From: a virus
Lineage: Duplodnaviria; Caudoviricetes
Reading direction: 5' to 3' (one strand)
Length of the DNA: 64,000 nt
Virus record (IMG/VR): IMGVR_UViG_3300010998_000002
Coordinates: 44,613 to 108,612 of that record
Shown here: piece by piece, positions 39,407 through 48,842 of the stretch
How the letters are laid out: the number at the start of each line of letters is the position of its first letter
How positions within the stretch are numbered: position 1 is the first letter of the stretch
Notes under the pieces: model-generated
The model's database searches: none
What the model saw: the letters and a program-made list of their open reading frames with translations, nothing else
What the model was told of the DNA's origin: nothing
Translations under genes and position numbers: made by a program

Positions 39407-39868
39407 TTATCCTTCGTAATAAGGGCCGGTCTGTTCATCGTTATTTCTACGAACTTCGTATTCTAAATCAGAAGTTTTAGGCGGTATAATTTCGCCATCT
39501 TTCATTCTTTGATAATTTTCATGCCTATCTTCCTGATAAATTCCAAAGGTATATGGCACGCCAGCACACAATGGATTTAAACCATCTTTAATACTTTGCT
39601 CTAGGTTGTTAAGCAATGTTTGATAATTGCTTGCTTTTGATTTACCTTCTTCATACTCAATTGTATCAAGACGATATGTATCGCCACCACTACTAGCATA
39701 TTTTGATACTAATGCTCGTAAAGCCATAATTGCAGATTGAACAAGATTGCAATATGACATTTGGTAATATGCTTCTAACTGTTCATTGGAAAATTCAAAA
39801 GCATCTTCATTTGTATCATTAATTAAGGCTCTAATTTGCCCTATGTAATTTGTGTAATCTACAGCCAT
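39407..39868 (-). CDS. head-tail adaptor protein
   Basis: GQIRALINDT...FSNEQL; synteny. Confidence 0.7.
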   Translation of the reverse strand: MAVDYTNYIGQIRALINDTNEDAFEFSNEQLEAYYQMSYCNLVQSAIMALRALVSKYASSGGDTYRLDTIEYEEGKSKASNYQTLLNNLEQSIKDGLNPLCAGVPYTFGIYQEDRHENYQRMKDGEIIPPKTSDLEYEVRRNNDEQTGPYYEG

Positions 39869-39873
39869 TGATA

Positions 39874-40407
39874 TTACTTACCTAAAACTTTTAAAATTTC
39901 TTTCTTTGTTTTTAAAGGCACTTTTTTTCTCATGTCCTTAACTTCTATACCCAACTTATCAAAAATCGTCTTTTTGAAAGTTATTTTATCCAAACCCAAT
40001 TTTTGAGCAAGTATAGTGTACGTTTCAGAGGTCGTTTTTTTAGCCTTTTGATTTTTTGATTTATTTGATGAAGTATTTTTTTGTGGTTTAAATATTTTTT
40101 GAATATAACCTACATAACATAAATTTTTAATTACTTCATCACTTGTATTTTGTATATCTTCATCTGCAATTTTTTCACCAACTTGATAATATTTTCCATT
40201 AAGCATAATATCTGGATATTGGCAAATAAATTTGCATAACTTATTTTCAATTTCTTCAAAGCATCCATGTTCATCAAGTTCTACATGTACTTCATGAAAA
40301 GGATTATATAAAAATATATCGCCTGCTTTATAAGAAGGCATAGCCATTTGATTAAGACTAGGGATGTCATAACGACATTTCATTGGTATTAAAATTTCTT
40401 CCATCAT
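39874..40407 (-). CDS. hypothetical protein after the major capsid gene
   Basis: 177 aa ORF with RBS and a basic C-terminus. Confidence 0.55.
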   Translation of the reverse strand: MMEEILIPMKCRYDIPSLNQMAMPSYKAGDIFLYNPFHEVHVELDEHGCFEEIENKLCKFICQYPDIMLNGKYYQVGEKIADEDIQNTSDEVIKNLCYVGYIQKIFKPQKNTSSNKSKNQKAKKTTSETYTILAQKLGLDKITFKKTIFDKLGIEVKDMRKKVPLKTKKEILKVLGK

Positions 40408-40436
40408 ATCATTTTTCCTTAAAAGTGTAAAAAGAA

Positions 40437-40469
40437 AGTGGGTGTTTAACGAAAGGGATTACACCCACT
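40437..40469 (-). terminator. terminator after the major capsid gene
   Basis: AGTGGGTGT / ACACCCACT stem followed by TTCTTTTT on the minus strand. Confidence 0.7.
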
Positions 40470-40579
40470 ATTAACTGTACGAGGATTTAACAAGTGGGAT
40501 AAAAAATCCCACAAGTCATAATCCACTATATAAAACATATTAGGCTTACATAATGTAACCTAATACCTACGCTACATCA

Positions 40580-41539
40580 TTAAGATATAACATTTGTCAA
40601 AAGAACTGCGCCTTCTTCCATTGAAACAACAATTGTGAAGTCTTGTACTACACGAATAACATCAGCAGTAATTTTTTCTTCACGATATGTTTGAATGATG
40701 ATACCGTTAGAACCAGCACCATAAGTGTTAGTGTTGTAGAAACATTTAACAGCAGATGGATTAGTAGCACCAGCAACATCACCTTTGTAGTATAACAATG
40801 CTACATTAGAAGTTGCGATAGTTCCGATAGTTTGTTGTGCCTGTCCATCAGCAGTAGTTGTTTCGCAACCAGCCATGATGTAAAGGTTTTTCAAACCGAA
40901 GAATTGAGCCAATTTTTGTGCTGTCAATTCTTTATCAGCATCACATCTTAATCTAGCCAAGATAGTTGCATTTTCAGTTAATGCGTTAAATATATCTTCT
41001 GTGATTAAAAGTGAATCTGGGTTTACGCCTAAAGCATGTTTGATTTCAAGTTTCATTTTCTTGATGTCTGCGATAGGATTAGAGTTAGCAACATCCCATT
41101 TAATGAATTGTTTGCCTGTTGCTCCAGATGCTACGCCAGAATATACATGAGAGAAGTTTGCAGAAGTTAATTTTTCAGCAAGTCTAATGTCAAATTGTGC
41201 ATAAGCATCTTCTACCATTTTTGCAGAGGTATCTTCTGCTTCGTTTGCAAGTCTGTTTCTGTCGCCGATAGGAATTTCATATCCTTCTTGTTCGCAAGCA
41301 AACTGTTTTTCTTTAACGCCAAGATTTACTCTCTTGAACTCTGTACCTTCTGCTCTTTTTTCTATATTACGTCTGCGGAAATCGCTTGCAGACCAAACTT
41401 TGTAATTGCCGTTAAATACTTCCGTAGGAATCATCGGAATAGCACCGTTTACAACGGCAAAATCTTCTCTACCTTCCAAAAGTGCGATAGCACGTTTTGT
41501 TAGGGTTTCGTCAAATTGTGCATCAGTATGTTGTATCAT
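40580..41539 (-). CDS. major capsid protein
   Basis: KRAEGTE, KWDVANSNPIADI, GVNPDSLLI, LTAQKLAQFFG; position after scaffold and decoration genes. Confidence 0.85.
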   Translation of the reverse strand: MIQHTDAQFDETLTKRAIALLEGREDFAVVNGAIPMIPTEVFNGNYKVWSASDFRRRNIEKRAEGTEFKRVNLGVKEKQFACEQEGYEIPIGDRNRLANEAEDTSAKMVEDAYAQFDIRLAEKLTSANFSHVYSGVASGATGKQFIKWDVANSNPIADIKKMKLEIKHALGVNPDSLLITEDIFNALTENATILARLRCDADKELTAQKLAQFFGLKNLYIMAGCETTTADGQAQQTIGTIATSNVALLYYKGDVAGATNPSAVKCFYNTNTYGAGSNGIIIQTYREEKITADVIRVVQDFTIVVSMEEGAVLLTNVIS

Positions 41540-41588
41540 TTTAATTACTCCTAACTTTTAAATTTACTCTACTTTTTGCTTTTACCAA

Positions 41589-41921
41589 TTAAAGTACCAC
41601 TACATAGATAAGGTCATTTTCAGCACCATCTTCTAATGCTTTTGCAACAGCCAAAGCACTTTCAGCCTGTTCAACGAACTTACCATTTGCATCAACTGCG
41701 AGCAATGCACCAAAATCAACAGCACCACCCAATTTTGCCTTTGTGATTTCGCCTACCATAGCGACACCAACTGCTTTTCCTTCTTTGCCGTCATTCATAA
41801 GAATACCCAAGCAATCTACTCCTGCTTCACCAGCAATTTCAACGCCATTTGCGCCTGCTACGATAGCAAATCCGTATTTTCCGGTTAAATCTTCACCAGC
41901 AATAAATGATTTCTTTGCCAT
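41589..41921 (-). CDS. capsid decoration or cement protein (DUF2190-like)
   Basis: AGEDL, LGILMNDGKEG, LAVDANGK, AKALEDGAENDLIYV. Confidence 0.75.
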   Translation of the reverse strand: MAKKSFIAGEDLTGKYGFAIVAGANGVEIAGEAGVDCLGILMNDGKEGKAVGVAMVGEITKAKLGGAVDFGALLAVDANGKFVEQAESALAVAKALEDGAENDLIYVVVL

Positions 41922-41963
41922 TTTTAATTTCTCCTAATTTTTTATATCAAATCTTAATTTCTA

Positions 41964-43013
41964 TTATTTTCTGTTACGAACTTTACTAGAAAACTTTTTA
42001 GCATCAGCCAAAGTTCTATCACCATTTACATAAAGAAATGCTTGATTTTCTGTTAAACCATGCTCTTTCATAGCCTGTTCAACTTTTGCATTTTTTTCTG
42101 CATTTTCGTCAATTTCAACTTCATTATCATGTCCAATTTCTTCACAATCTTTAAGATTTTTAACTGACAATTGTTTTAATGAATTAAAAATAACTTTTTT
42201 AGTATCTTCTGATAAAGCAGAATTTTTGATTTCAAAAATCATATCAACTTTATCTTCTAATTTTCCTGGAACACCACCAAAGTCTTTTTCAACTTCTTTA
42301 GATAAAGCCATTTTTTGCAATTCTAATTCTTTTTCAGCCTTTTCAGCCTTTAAGTTTTCAATTTCTTGCAATAATTGGTCTTTTTCAGATTCTTGAACTT
42401 CATCAGTAGTTTCCGGTATTTGAATTTCGTTTACTTCTGTAACTTCAACAGAGTTTTCTTCACCTTCTTCAACTTGCTCTTGTTCTTCCGGTTGTTCTTC
42501 TGTTTCTTCTACTTCTTCCGCCGGTTGTTCTTCTTCAACAACTTCTTCTTCTGGTTCTTCTTCAACAGGTTCTTCTTGTCCATCTTCGGCAATTTCTTCT
42601 TCTGCCTGTTCTGTTTCTACGGTTTCATCATCAGATGGCTCATTTTCTTCTGATTCATTGCTAGGTTGTTCGTCTTGCTCTTGACTTTCAACTTCCGTTT
42701 CTTCTGATACAGATTCTTCCTGGACATCCTCGTTTACTTCTGCGGTTTCTTCTGTAACGACTTCATCTTTAATACCTAATGCAGATTTTACAGCATCTAC
42801 AACTGTATTGATTTTATCTAAAATCAAATCATTTTTTTCTTGTTCCATTTTTAATGTATTCTCCTTATTCGTACTTGCTATGCTAGGTGCAATGTCAATA
42901 GTTTTAAGAACATCATCAGTAGTTAATTCTTTTAATTGTTCTTGCTCTTGTTCATCCTCTAGTTTTTGCATACTTTTAGAGAACCACATTGTAGTCGGAT
43001 TAAACATTTTCAT
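41964..43013 (-). CDS. capsid scaffolding protein
   Basis: Glu-rich low-complexity centre and coiled coil; between protease and capsid genes. Confidence 0.65.
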   Translation of the reverse strand: MKMFNPTTMWFSKSMQKLEDEQEQEQLKELTTDDVLKTIDIAPSIASTNKENTLKMEQEKNDLILDKINTVVDAVKSALGIKDEVVTEETAEVNEDVQEESVSEETEVESQEQDEQPSNESEENEPSDDETVETEQAEEEIAEDGQEEPVEEEPEEEVVEEEQPAEEVEETEEQPEEQEQVEEGEENSVEVTEVNEIQIPETTDEVQESEKDQLLQEIENLKAEKAEKELELQKMALSKEVEKDFGGVPGKLEDKVDMIFEIKNSALSEDTKKVIFNSLKQLSVKNLKDCEEIGHDNEVEIDENAEKNAKVEQAMKEHGLTENQAFLYVNGDRTLADAKKFSSKVRNRK

Positions 43014-43116
43014 CTTTGCACCTTCCTCTCTTTTACACTAATGTTTTTTAACACATTCGGAGCATCTTTTGGCTTTTCCGCAATGGTTAGTTTTACATTT
43101 TTAGGATTGGTTATAA

Positions 43117-43752
43117 TCATAATGTACCCCCTCTCCTATTTTCAAAAGGAAAGTCATTATTATAACCGAGTTCATATTGGTTTTTTCTAGCCAAATACTC
43201 GTCATAAATTTTATCTAATGACAATAATGCTGTTGCTCTACTCATTTTAATATCAGCAAATCTATGTCTTATTGTTTCATCTGCCGATAACCACAAATCA
43301 GCGTTATTTATTTCTTTTATTAAGTTTTGAGTGTAGCCTTTTTCTCTATCTGCATTTTTATCAAAAGTTCCATAAACCAATTCGTCAGTTGTTCTTTGAA
43401 TATTTTTTGCTTCTGATACAATGTCAGATGTTTTACCCCAAGCCATTCCACTTGCTTCGTGAATAAGCATTTTGGTATTTGCACCAATTACCCTTAAACC
43501 TGGAGTTCCTGCTGTGGCTAAACAAGCACCACAACTTGCTACAATTCCACTTGCTATTGTAATAGTATCTTTTGGACTATCTTGTATTAAATCTAGTAAA
43601 ACACTTAAACACCAACAATAACCACCTGGACTATCTACTACAATAACATTATAGCGTTGGTCGGGATTAGCCTGCATTTGTATAAAGGCATTTGTATAAA
43701 GGTCGTTATATGCCGGATGAAAGGTGTTTACGGTTAAATAACTAATTCCCAT
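43117..43752 (-). CDS. ClpP-like prohead protease
   Basis: VDSPGG, GIVASCGA (catalytic Ser), MLIHEAS, DLWLSADE, RFAD. Confidence 0.85.
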   Translation of the reverse strand: MGISYLTVNTFHPAYNDLYTNAFIQMQANPDQRYNVIVVDSPGGYCWCLSVLLDLIQDSPKDTITIASGIVASCGACLATAGTPGLRVIGANTKMLIHEASGMAWGKTSDIVSEAKNIQRTTDELVYGTFDKNADREKGYTQNLIKEINNADLWLSADETIRHRFADIKMSRATALLSLDKIYDEYLARKNQYELGYNNDFPFENRRGGTL

Positions 43753-45191
43753 TATTTATCCTCATCTTCTTTTTTCTGTTCATCATCTTCTATTGGTTCT
43801 GCTTCGTCTGGATTGACAGCACTATCGGCTGTTTTTTCCGCTAATTCTTCTGAACCGTATGCCCAAGTATTGACTTCTCTACGTCTTTGATAGTTATCAA
43901 ATTCTTCTTGTGTTATAGTAGGTGTATCATTACCAAGTAATCGTTTCAGAATTGCGTTACACATACCTAATGTTGGCGGTACTAAACCAGATTTATCGGC
44001 AGATTGAATAAATAACATTAAGTTAGTTAAATCCAAATCACCAATTTCAGAAAATTCAATAGTTGGCATAAGAGATAAATCTATTAAATTCTTTTCCAAA
44101 AGCGTTGGAATTAATTTAAAATTGATTACTCTTTTTATTTCATCTAGCATTTCTTTTACTAAATTAGTAAAAATTTTAATTTTAGATTGTGAAAAACTAC
44201 CAGAAATACCAGATTTTTGTGCTGTTAAAAAGAAATCAGATAATAATGCAACGGAGATATTTCTATCTTCTCTTGCGATAATTTTATCTGCATCTGGTAT
44301 ATTTCCTGCTCCACTAGAAATAATGCCTACTTTAATATATTCTGGATGTGCAATTGCTACGTCTGTACCGGCTCTAATATTTTGCGCCGTATCTTTTATC
44401 CATTTTTGAGTTTGTAAATATGCAGGGTTTTTTGTTGTAGGGTCTAGGATTGGTGCTGGCGCTTGAATATCCAGCAACCCATCAAATCCTCTCTCATATC
44501 GTATATCTTCATTTAAAGAAGTCCGCTTTTTCTTTAAATACGGTGTTACACAATTGAGATATAAACTAACACCCTCTGGATTATTATTAAAACTACGATG
44601 TTTGAAGTGTAAAAGTTTTTCATAAGGAATTTCTTTTTCTTCAAATTTATTGGGGTCTTTTTGGCTCACGCTAATTATATTGCGGTAGTTTTCGTCATAA
44701 TTCCACTTTGTAATACTGCCCTGATAACGAGATGCTAGTTTTGCTAACCCTATAAGTCCATCGTCAAACTTTGAACTTTTATCTTTATCCTTATTTTCTC
44801 CGTTTCTAACCTTATAAACAGGTTCTATAATAGCAAAGCCATACTGTGAGGCGGTTAAAGCATTAGCAATTACTTCTTGAAACGAATGATTAAGGTCTTG
44901 AAATAAACATTGGTCTATAAAATCTGCAATTTTTTTTGCTTCGGCTGTATCATCTTTAGGTTTTATACTCCATTTAACAGAAGATGCAGTTGATTGATAC
45001 ATATTATTAAAAGCACCAATGGTTGAGTCAAATTTAACCATTTCTTCTAATAATTTTATCTTTTTCGGCCCCCGTAATGGAATTATACTTTCTTCTCTTA
45101 CTTTTCCATTACTAATGGCTATACCTGTATAACCTAATTCTTCGCCAACAGTTTTTTTTGTTTTATAACTTGTACGATTTCTTTTTGACAT
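43752..45191 (-). CDS. portal protein (DUF935/Mu gp29-like)
   Basis: ELGYTG, YGFAIIEPVYK, IPYEKLLHF, NNPEGVSL, LIPTLLEKN. Confidence 0.85.
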   Translation of the reverse strand: MSKRNRTSYKTKKTVGEELGYTGIAISNGKVREESIIPLRGPKKIKLLEEMVKFDSTIGAFNNMYQSTASSVKWSIKPKDDTAEAKKIADFIDQCLFQDLNHSFQEVIANALTASQYGFAIIEPVYKVRNGENKDKDKSSKFDDGLIGLAKLASRYQGSITKWNYDENYRNIISVSQKDPNKFEEKEIPYEKLLHFKHRSFNNNPEGVSLYLNCVTPYLKKKRTSLNEDIRYERGFDGLLDIQAPAPILDPTTKNPAYLQTQKWIKDTAQNIRAGTDVAIAHPEYIKVGIISSGAGNIPDADKIIAREDRNISVALLSDFFLTAQKSGISGSFSQSKIKIFTNLVKEMLDEIKRVINFKLIPTLLEKNLIDLSLMPTIEFSEIGDLDLTNLMLFIQSADKSGLVPPTLGMCNAILKRLLGNDTPTITQEEFDNYQRRREVNTWAYGSEELAEKTADSAVNPDEAEPIEDDEQKKEDEDK

Positions 45192-46906
45192 TATAAAATC
45201 CCATCATTAGAAATGTTGATTGCGCCAAATGCACATGGCATATAAAAATCATCTCCCATTTCAGCACAAGCGAATACAATACTGTCTGCCAAGTCTGATG
45301 ACCTATCTATTTTGTTTTTAAGTTCCGCCTTACTGATAATTTTAATCTTACCACTTTCGTTACGGCTATAAGTAATTGCAGACAACTCTTGTCGTAACAT
45401 TACCGAATCTGGTAATAATAATGGTAATTTACCCTGTGATTCCGGTACTTGTGGTCTTAAAGGATTCATTAAAGTTCTTAAATTCCACCATACTTCATCA
45501 CGTTTACGAGAAAATGTTTTTTTGCGTTCATCATTTTCTGCTTTATTAAAAATAAAATCTGTATCTTGTTGTCCTGCTCCACCACCTGTTTGAATGCCAA
45601 ACACCGGTAGTCCAGAATCTTTTAATATTAAATATTTATCTCGCCCAACACCATCTTGTTCTATGTTAATGCGATTAACTTCATATTGTTTATGAAGTTC
45701 AGTGATTTTAGCGATTAAATCAAATAACTCTAAATTAAATGTTTGAGCAAAAACAATTTTATTACCATTTCTTATTGCTATTGCTGATTTATCGTTTCCT
45801 GTACCCTGTCCGATGTCGCAACCCATTACTATTTCTCCAGGTTGCCAATAACTATCATTATGATAATTATTCATCGCTTGATTTATCCAATCTTGTGGAA
45901 ATACAGCGTTTTCATCTCCGCTAGGAAATTCAGCCAAGCAACGAGTTTTAAATTCATAAGAATCTGGTGTACCACCATAATCCATTAAAATTCTATATGC
46001 TTGAATTGGATTAATCAACCATTTAGAAAATGGTAATAATGCTTGTTTAACATCATTTTCCCAACCGGACAAATTATCTTCTTGTTTGTATTTATAATAA
46101 TTAGTTTTACAATATTTGTCTAATTTATTGCGCCAATAGGTTGGGTCTTTTTCATCTTTTAAATAATCTTCAAGTTTAATATTTGGATTAATAAAATTAG
46201 GTGTATCAAAACAACTAATTTTAATTTGATGCCATTCGGAATTTTCTTTAAAACTATTAAAAAATGTTCCGAAATTGCCATTAGGTAATGTTGTGTTTCC
46301 AATCATTACTTTCTTAACAATTAAGCCAGAAGATGTAATACCTTCAAAATCAGAAAATGCACTATCACTTATACCCTGTGCTTCATCAAAGATACATAAA
46401 ACATAAGTGCCATGTTTACCTACATTTTTATTCTCGCCTTCGGTAGAAACACCCATAATGTAGTTTTTATTTCCATAGCGAATTTCTGCTAGGTTTTTAT
46501 TTTCAGACAGTTTACCAAAAAGAGTAATTTCTGGATTACCTGTTAATTCTCTTAATTTTTCGGTAGCCTGTGCGATAAATGCTCTTATAGGATTATATAC
46601 ATTCTCTCTAACCTGTGCAAAATTAGGTGCTGTAAACAAAACTATTGTATTATCAACATCATCTTCCAAATAGCAATAAAAAAACCATATTGCTACAGCA
46701 GATAAAAGTGTAGATTTACCAACTGCGTTTGCAGAACGAATTGTTACGTTATTGTGTTTAACAATTGCAGATAACATTTTCTTTTGGTGATATGCTAGAT
46801 TAAGTCCTAGAATTTCACTCATAAATTCTGCTGGATGTGTTCGCCAATATTGACGTTTACTCGCCAATTCATCAAGAGTATATTTTTTCTTTTGTTTATC
46901 AGCCAT
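45191..46906 (-). CDS. terL: terminase large subunit
   Basis: RSANAVGKS Walker A, IFDEAQGI, MIGN, CLAEFP, MGCDIGQGTGNDKS, RSSDLADS. Confidence 0.93.
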   Translation of the reverse strand: MADKQKKKYTLDELASKRQYWRTHPAEFMSEILGLNLAYHQKKMLSAIVKHNNVTIRSANAVGKSTLLSAVAIWFFYCYLEDDVDNTIVLFTAPNFAQVRENVYNPIRAFIAQATEKLRELTGNPEITLFGKLSENKNLAEIRYGNKNYIMGVSTEGENKNVGKHGTYVLCIFDEAQGISDSAFSDFEGITSSGLIVKKVMIGNTTLPNGNFGTFFNSFKENSEWHQIKISCFDTPNFINPNIKLEDYLKDEKDPTYWRNKLDKYCKTNYYKYKQEDNLSGWENDVKQALLPFSKWLINPIQAYRILMDYGGTPDSYEFKTRCLAEFPSGDENAVFPQDWINQAMNNYHNDSYWQPGEIVMGCDIGQGTGNDKSAIAIRNGNKIVFAQTFNLELFDLIAKITELHKQYEVNRINIEQDGVGRDKYLILKDSGLPVFGIQTGGGAGQQDTDFIFNKAENDERKKTFSRKRDEVWWNLRTLMNPLRPQVPESQGKLPLLLPDSVMLRQELSAITYSRNESGKIKIISKAELKNKIDRSSDLADSIVFACAEMGDDFYMPCAFGAINISNDGIL

Positions 46907-47040
46907 ATAATCCTTAAAGTGTCAGCATCCTTAATAAAAAGTGCCAAAATAAAAATGAATTAAAATAAAACCTTTGTACTATTTTGGCACATAAACACTT
47001 TTAAGGATGATTGATAGTATTATTTTCTCTTTCTAAAAAT

Positions 47041-47070
47041 GTTATACTCACTATTTTAAAAAGTGTAAAC
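47041..47070 (-). promoter_or_regulatory. GTTTAC-N18-TATAA class (putative late) promoter for the terL operon
   Basis: The same motif and spacing occur at 22996-23025, 30320-30349 and 36005-36034 (minus) and 47436-47465 (plus). Confidence 0.7.
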
Positions 47071-47172
47071 TTTTTGCTTAAAATATTATAATTATTTAAT
47101 ACTATTAAAACAGTTATAAACCAATAGTAATCTATATTATAAGATATATGATATTTAATTATATAAATATTA

Positions 47173-47298
47173 AAGTTCATGAACTTAAAGTATATATAAT
47201 TTTAGGTATATTTAATTTAATTATATAATTTTCTTCTTTATTTTATCTTGAAATAAAATAAAGAAGAAAAACTAGAGTGTATATAATTGGAGTGTATA
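47173..47298. repeat. AT-rich palindromic region sharing motifs with 10329-10580 (candidate origin or regulatory site 2)
   Basis: AAGTTCATGAACTT at 47173; TATATAATTGGAGTGTATA at 47280 is identical to 10562-10580; 18-bp perfect inverted repeat 47229-47270. Confidence 0.7.
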
Positions 47299-47482
47299 AT
47301 AATTAAGTTTATATTAATTAAAGTTTATGAACATGTAGTTAATATATTAAGATGTTTATATATAAGGTGCTTATATAATAAGGGAGTTATATATTTTACC
47401 ACAAAAATTTTAAAAGTCAAGAGTAGAATTTTAAGGTTTACAAAATATTAAAAAAAAACTATAATATTTTTGGAAGGATGAT

Positions 47483-48196
47483 ATGGATAAAATAGAAGAA
47501 AAAGTTTTAAAAAAATATAAACGTGAAATTTCACGAATTATTAAAAATAAATATCGTAATAAATCTCAAATAGAAGCAGAAAGACAAAAATACTGTCTAA
47601 CGGCAACAAATAATATGCGTAAATCCATATCAGCATTAGCACAAGATATTTTTAAAACCTATTTGCCTATTATTGAAGAAGAAATAAATACTAAATTAGA
47701 AAAATTTAGACAATCAGATAAATTCCAAAAAGCAATACAGGCAGAATTAAAAGTTAATAAAAAAAAGATTAGTTGTAAATCTTTAAAAAAATTTCAAGAG
47801 TTTGAGATAGGAGTAAATAACTCTTTATTGGATAATCTTTTACAAGAGATAAATTCCGATACAAAAGAGCCAGAAATTAGCCGAGAAGAAGTAAAATATA
47901 TTTTATTATCAATTTTATATAAAATTATTGATTATCTTAAAGAAGGTTATAAAATCAAGATTGGAACAATGATGTCTATTTGGTTAGACCAAAGAGATAT
48001 AAGAATTAATTTACCGGAAGTTAAAGAAAGAATTTTATCTGATAGATTAATTCCTAAAATTGCTTTAGGTAGTGCTTTTAGTTATAAACTATTTCAAGCA
48101 ATTAATGAAGATAATGTAGCGATAATGAATTACTATCAAGCAAAAATGGAAAGATTTTTGATGTTGATAAAGAAACGAAATCATGAAAACAATTAG
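47483..48196 (+). CDS. basic protein with a degenerate C-terminal HU/IHF-like domain
   Basis: SREEVKYILLSILYKIIDYLKEGYKIKIG...RDIRINLP...RLIPKIALG follows the HU helix-helix-strand-arm pattern. Confidence 0.5.
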   Translation: MDKIEEKVLKKYKREISRIIKNKYRNKSQIEAERQKYCLTATNNMRKSISALAQDIFKTYLPIIEEEINTKLEKFRQSDKFQKAIQAELKVNKKKISCKSLKKFQEFEIGVNNSLLDNLLQEINSDTKEPEISREEVKYILLSILYKIIDYLKEGYKIKIGTMMSIWLDQRDIRINLPEVKERILSDRLIPKIALGSAFSYKLFQAINEDNVAIMNYYQAKMERFLMLIKKRNHENN

Positions 48197-48473
48197 ACTT
48201 ATAGATTTAATAAATGATATTAAAGGCAATAAAAATATCAGTAAAAAAAATATAATGCGTGTAATTAGAGCATTGCCAAAAGTTATGGCAATGATGCTAA
48301 TAAAAAAAGAAGAAATTAAATTTACTTCATTTTTTAAATTAGGTTTTAGAATTGCTAAAGATAGAATTATAAAAAGTTCTATAACAAAAGAAATGTTGCA
48401 CATACCACAACATTTACGCTTTAAAGCCACGTTTTATAATGAATTTAAACATTTTTTAAATAGAGAAAAATAA
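48183..48473 (+). CDS. HU/IHF-like DNA-binding protein
   Basis: 96 aa, basic; DLINDI...ISKKNIMRVI...IKFTSFFKL...AKDRIIKSSITKEMLHIPQHLRFKAT. Confidence 0.72.
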   Translation: MKTIRLIDLINDIKGNKNISKKNIMRVIRALPKVMAMMLIKKEEIKFTSFFKLGFRIAKDRIIKSSITKEMLHIPQHLRFKATFYNEFKHFLNREK

Positions 48474-48835
48474 TGAAAAACATTAAATTAGCATACCTTA
48501 AATTTGCCGATAAATTAGATAATTGTCTAATAGAAGTGGCATTAGACTATCCAAAATATGAGGATATTAAAGCATGCTATTTATATGAATTATTTTATTT
48601 TGATACTCTGAAAGAAAAGATTACCCAACGAGAAGAAGAAATAGTGCAATATGGCATTATTAACGGAGAATTAGCACCATTTTACATACAAATTGAAGAA
48701 AATATCTATAACCAATTAAAAGAATATTTTAAAAATACAACCGAATATGAAGAATGCAAATGGCAAGATGATGTGTCGTTATTAAATGCTATATTGAATG
48801 TATATAGACAAGACCCAAAATCATGGGAAACATAA
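48473..48835 (+). CDS. hypothetical protein
   Basis: TAATG-coupled 120 aa ORF. Confidence 0.6.
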   Translation: MKNIKLAYLKFADKLDNCLIEVALDYPKYEDIKACYLYELFYFDTLKEKITQREEEIVQYGIINGELAPFYIQIEENIYNQLKEYFKNTTEYEECKWQDDVSLLNAILNVYRQDPKSWET

Positions 48836-48842
48836 GGACAAT

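Noticed and set aside
43010-43120. 36-aa ORF fused to the scaffold gene by a frameshift
   Set aside because: One extra A would fuse them, but both have plausible RBSs and ATGA coupling; this cannot be decided from sequence.
97-47000. Many short ORF-track entries antisense to long genes (e.g. 97-342, 9110-9874, 20595-21116, 33894-34373, 42375-42653)
   Set aside because: They are shadow frames of well-supported genes, with no RBS or recognisable motifs.
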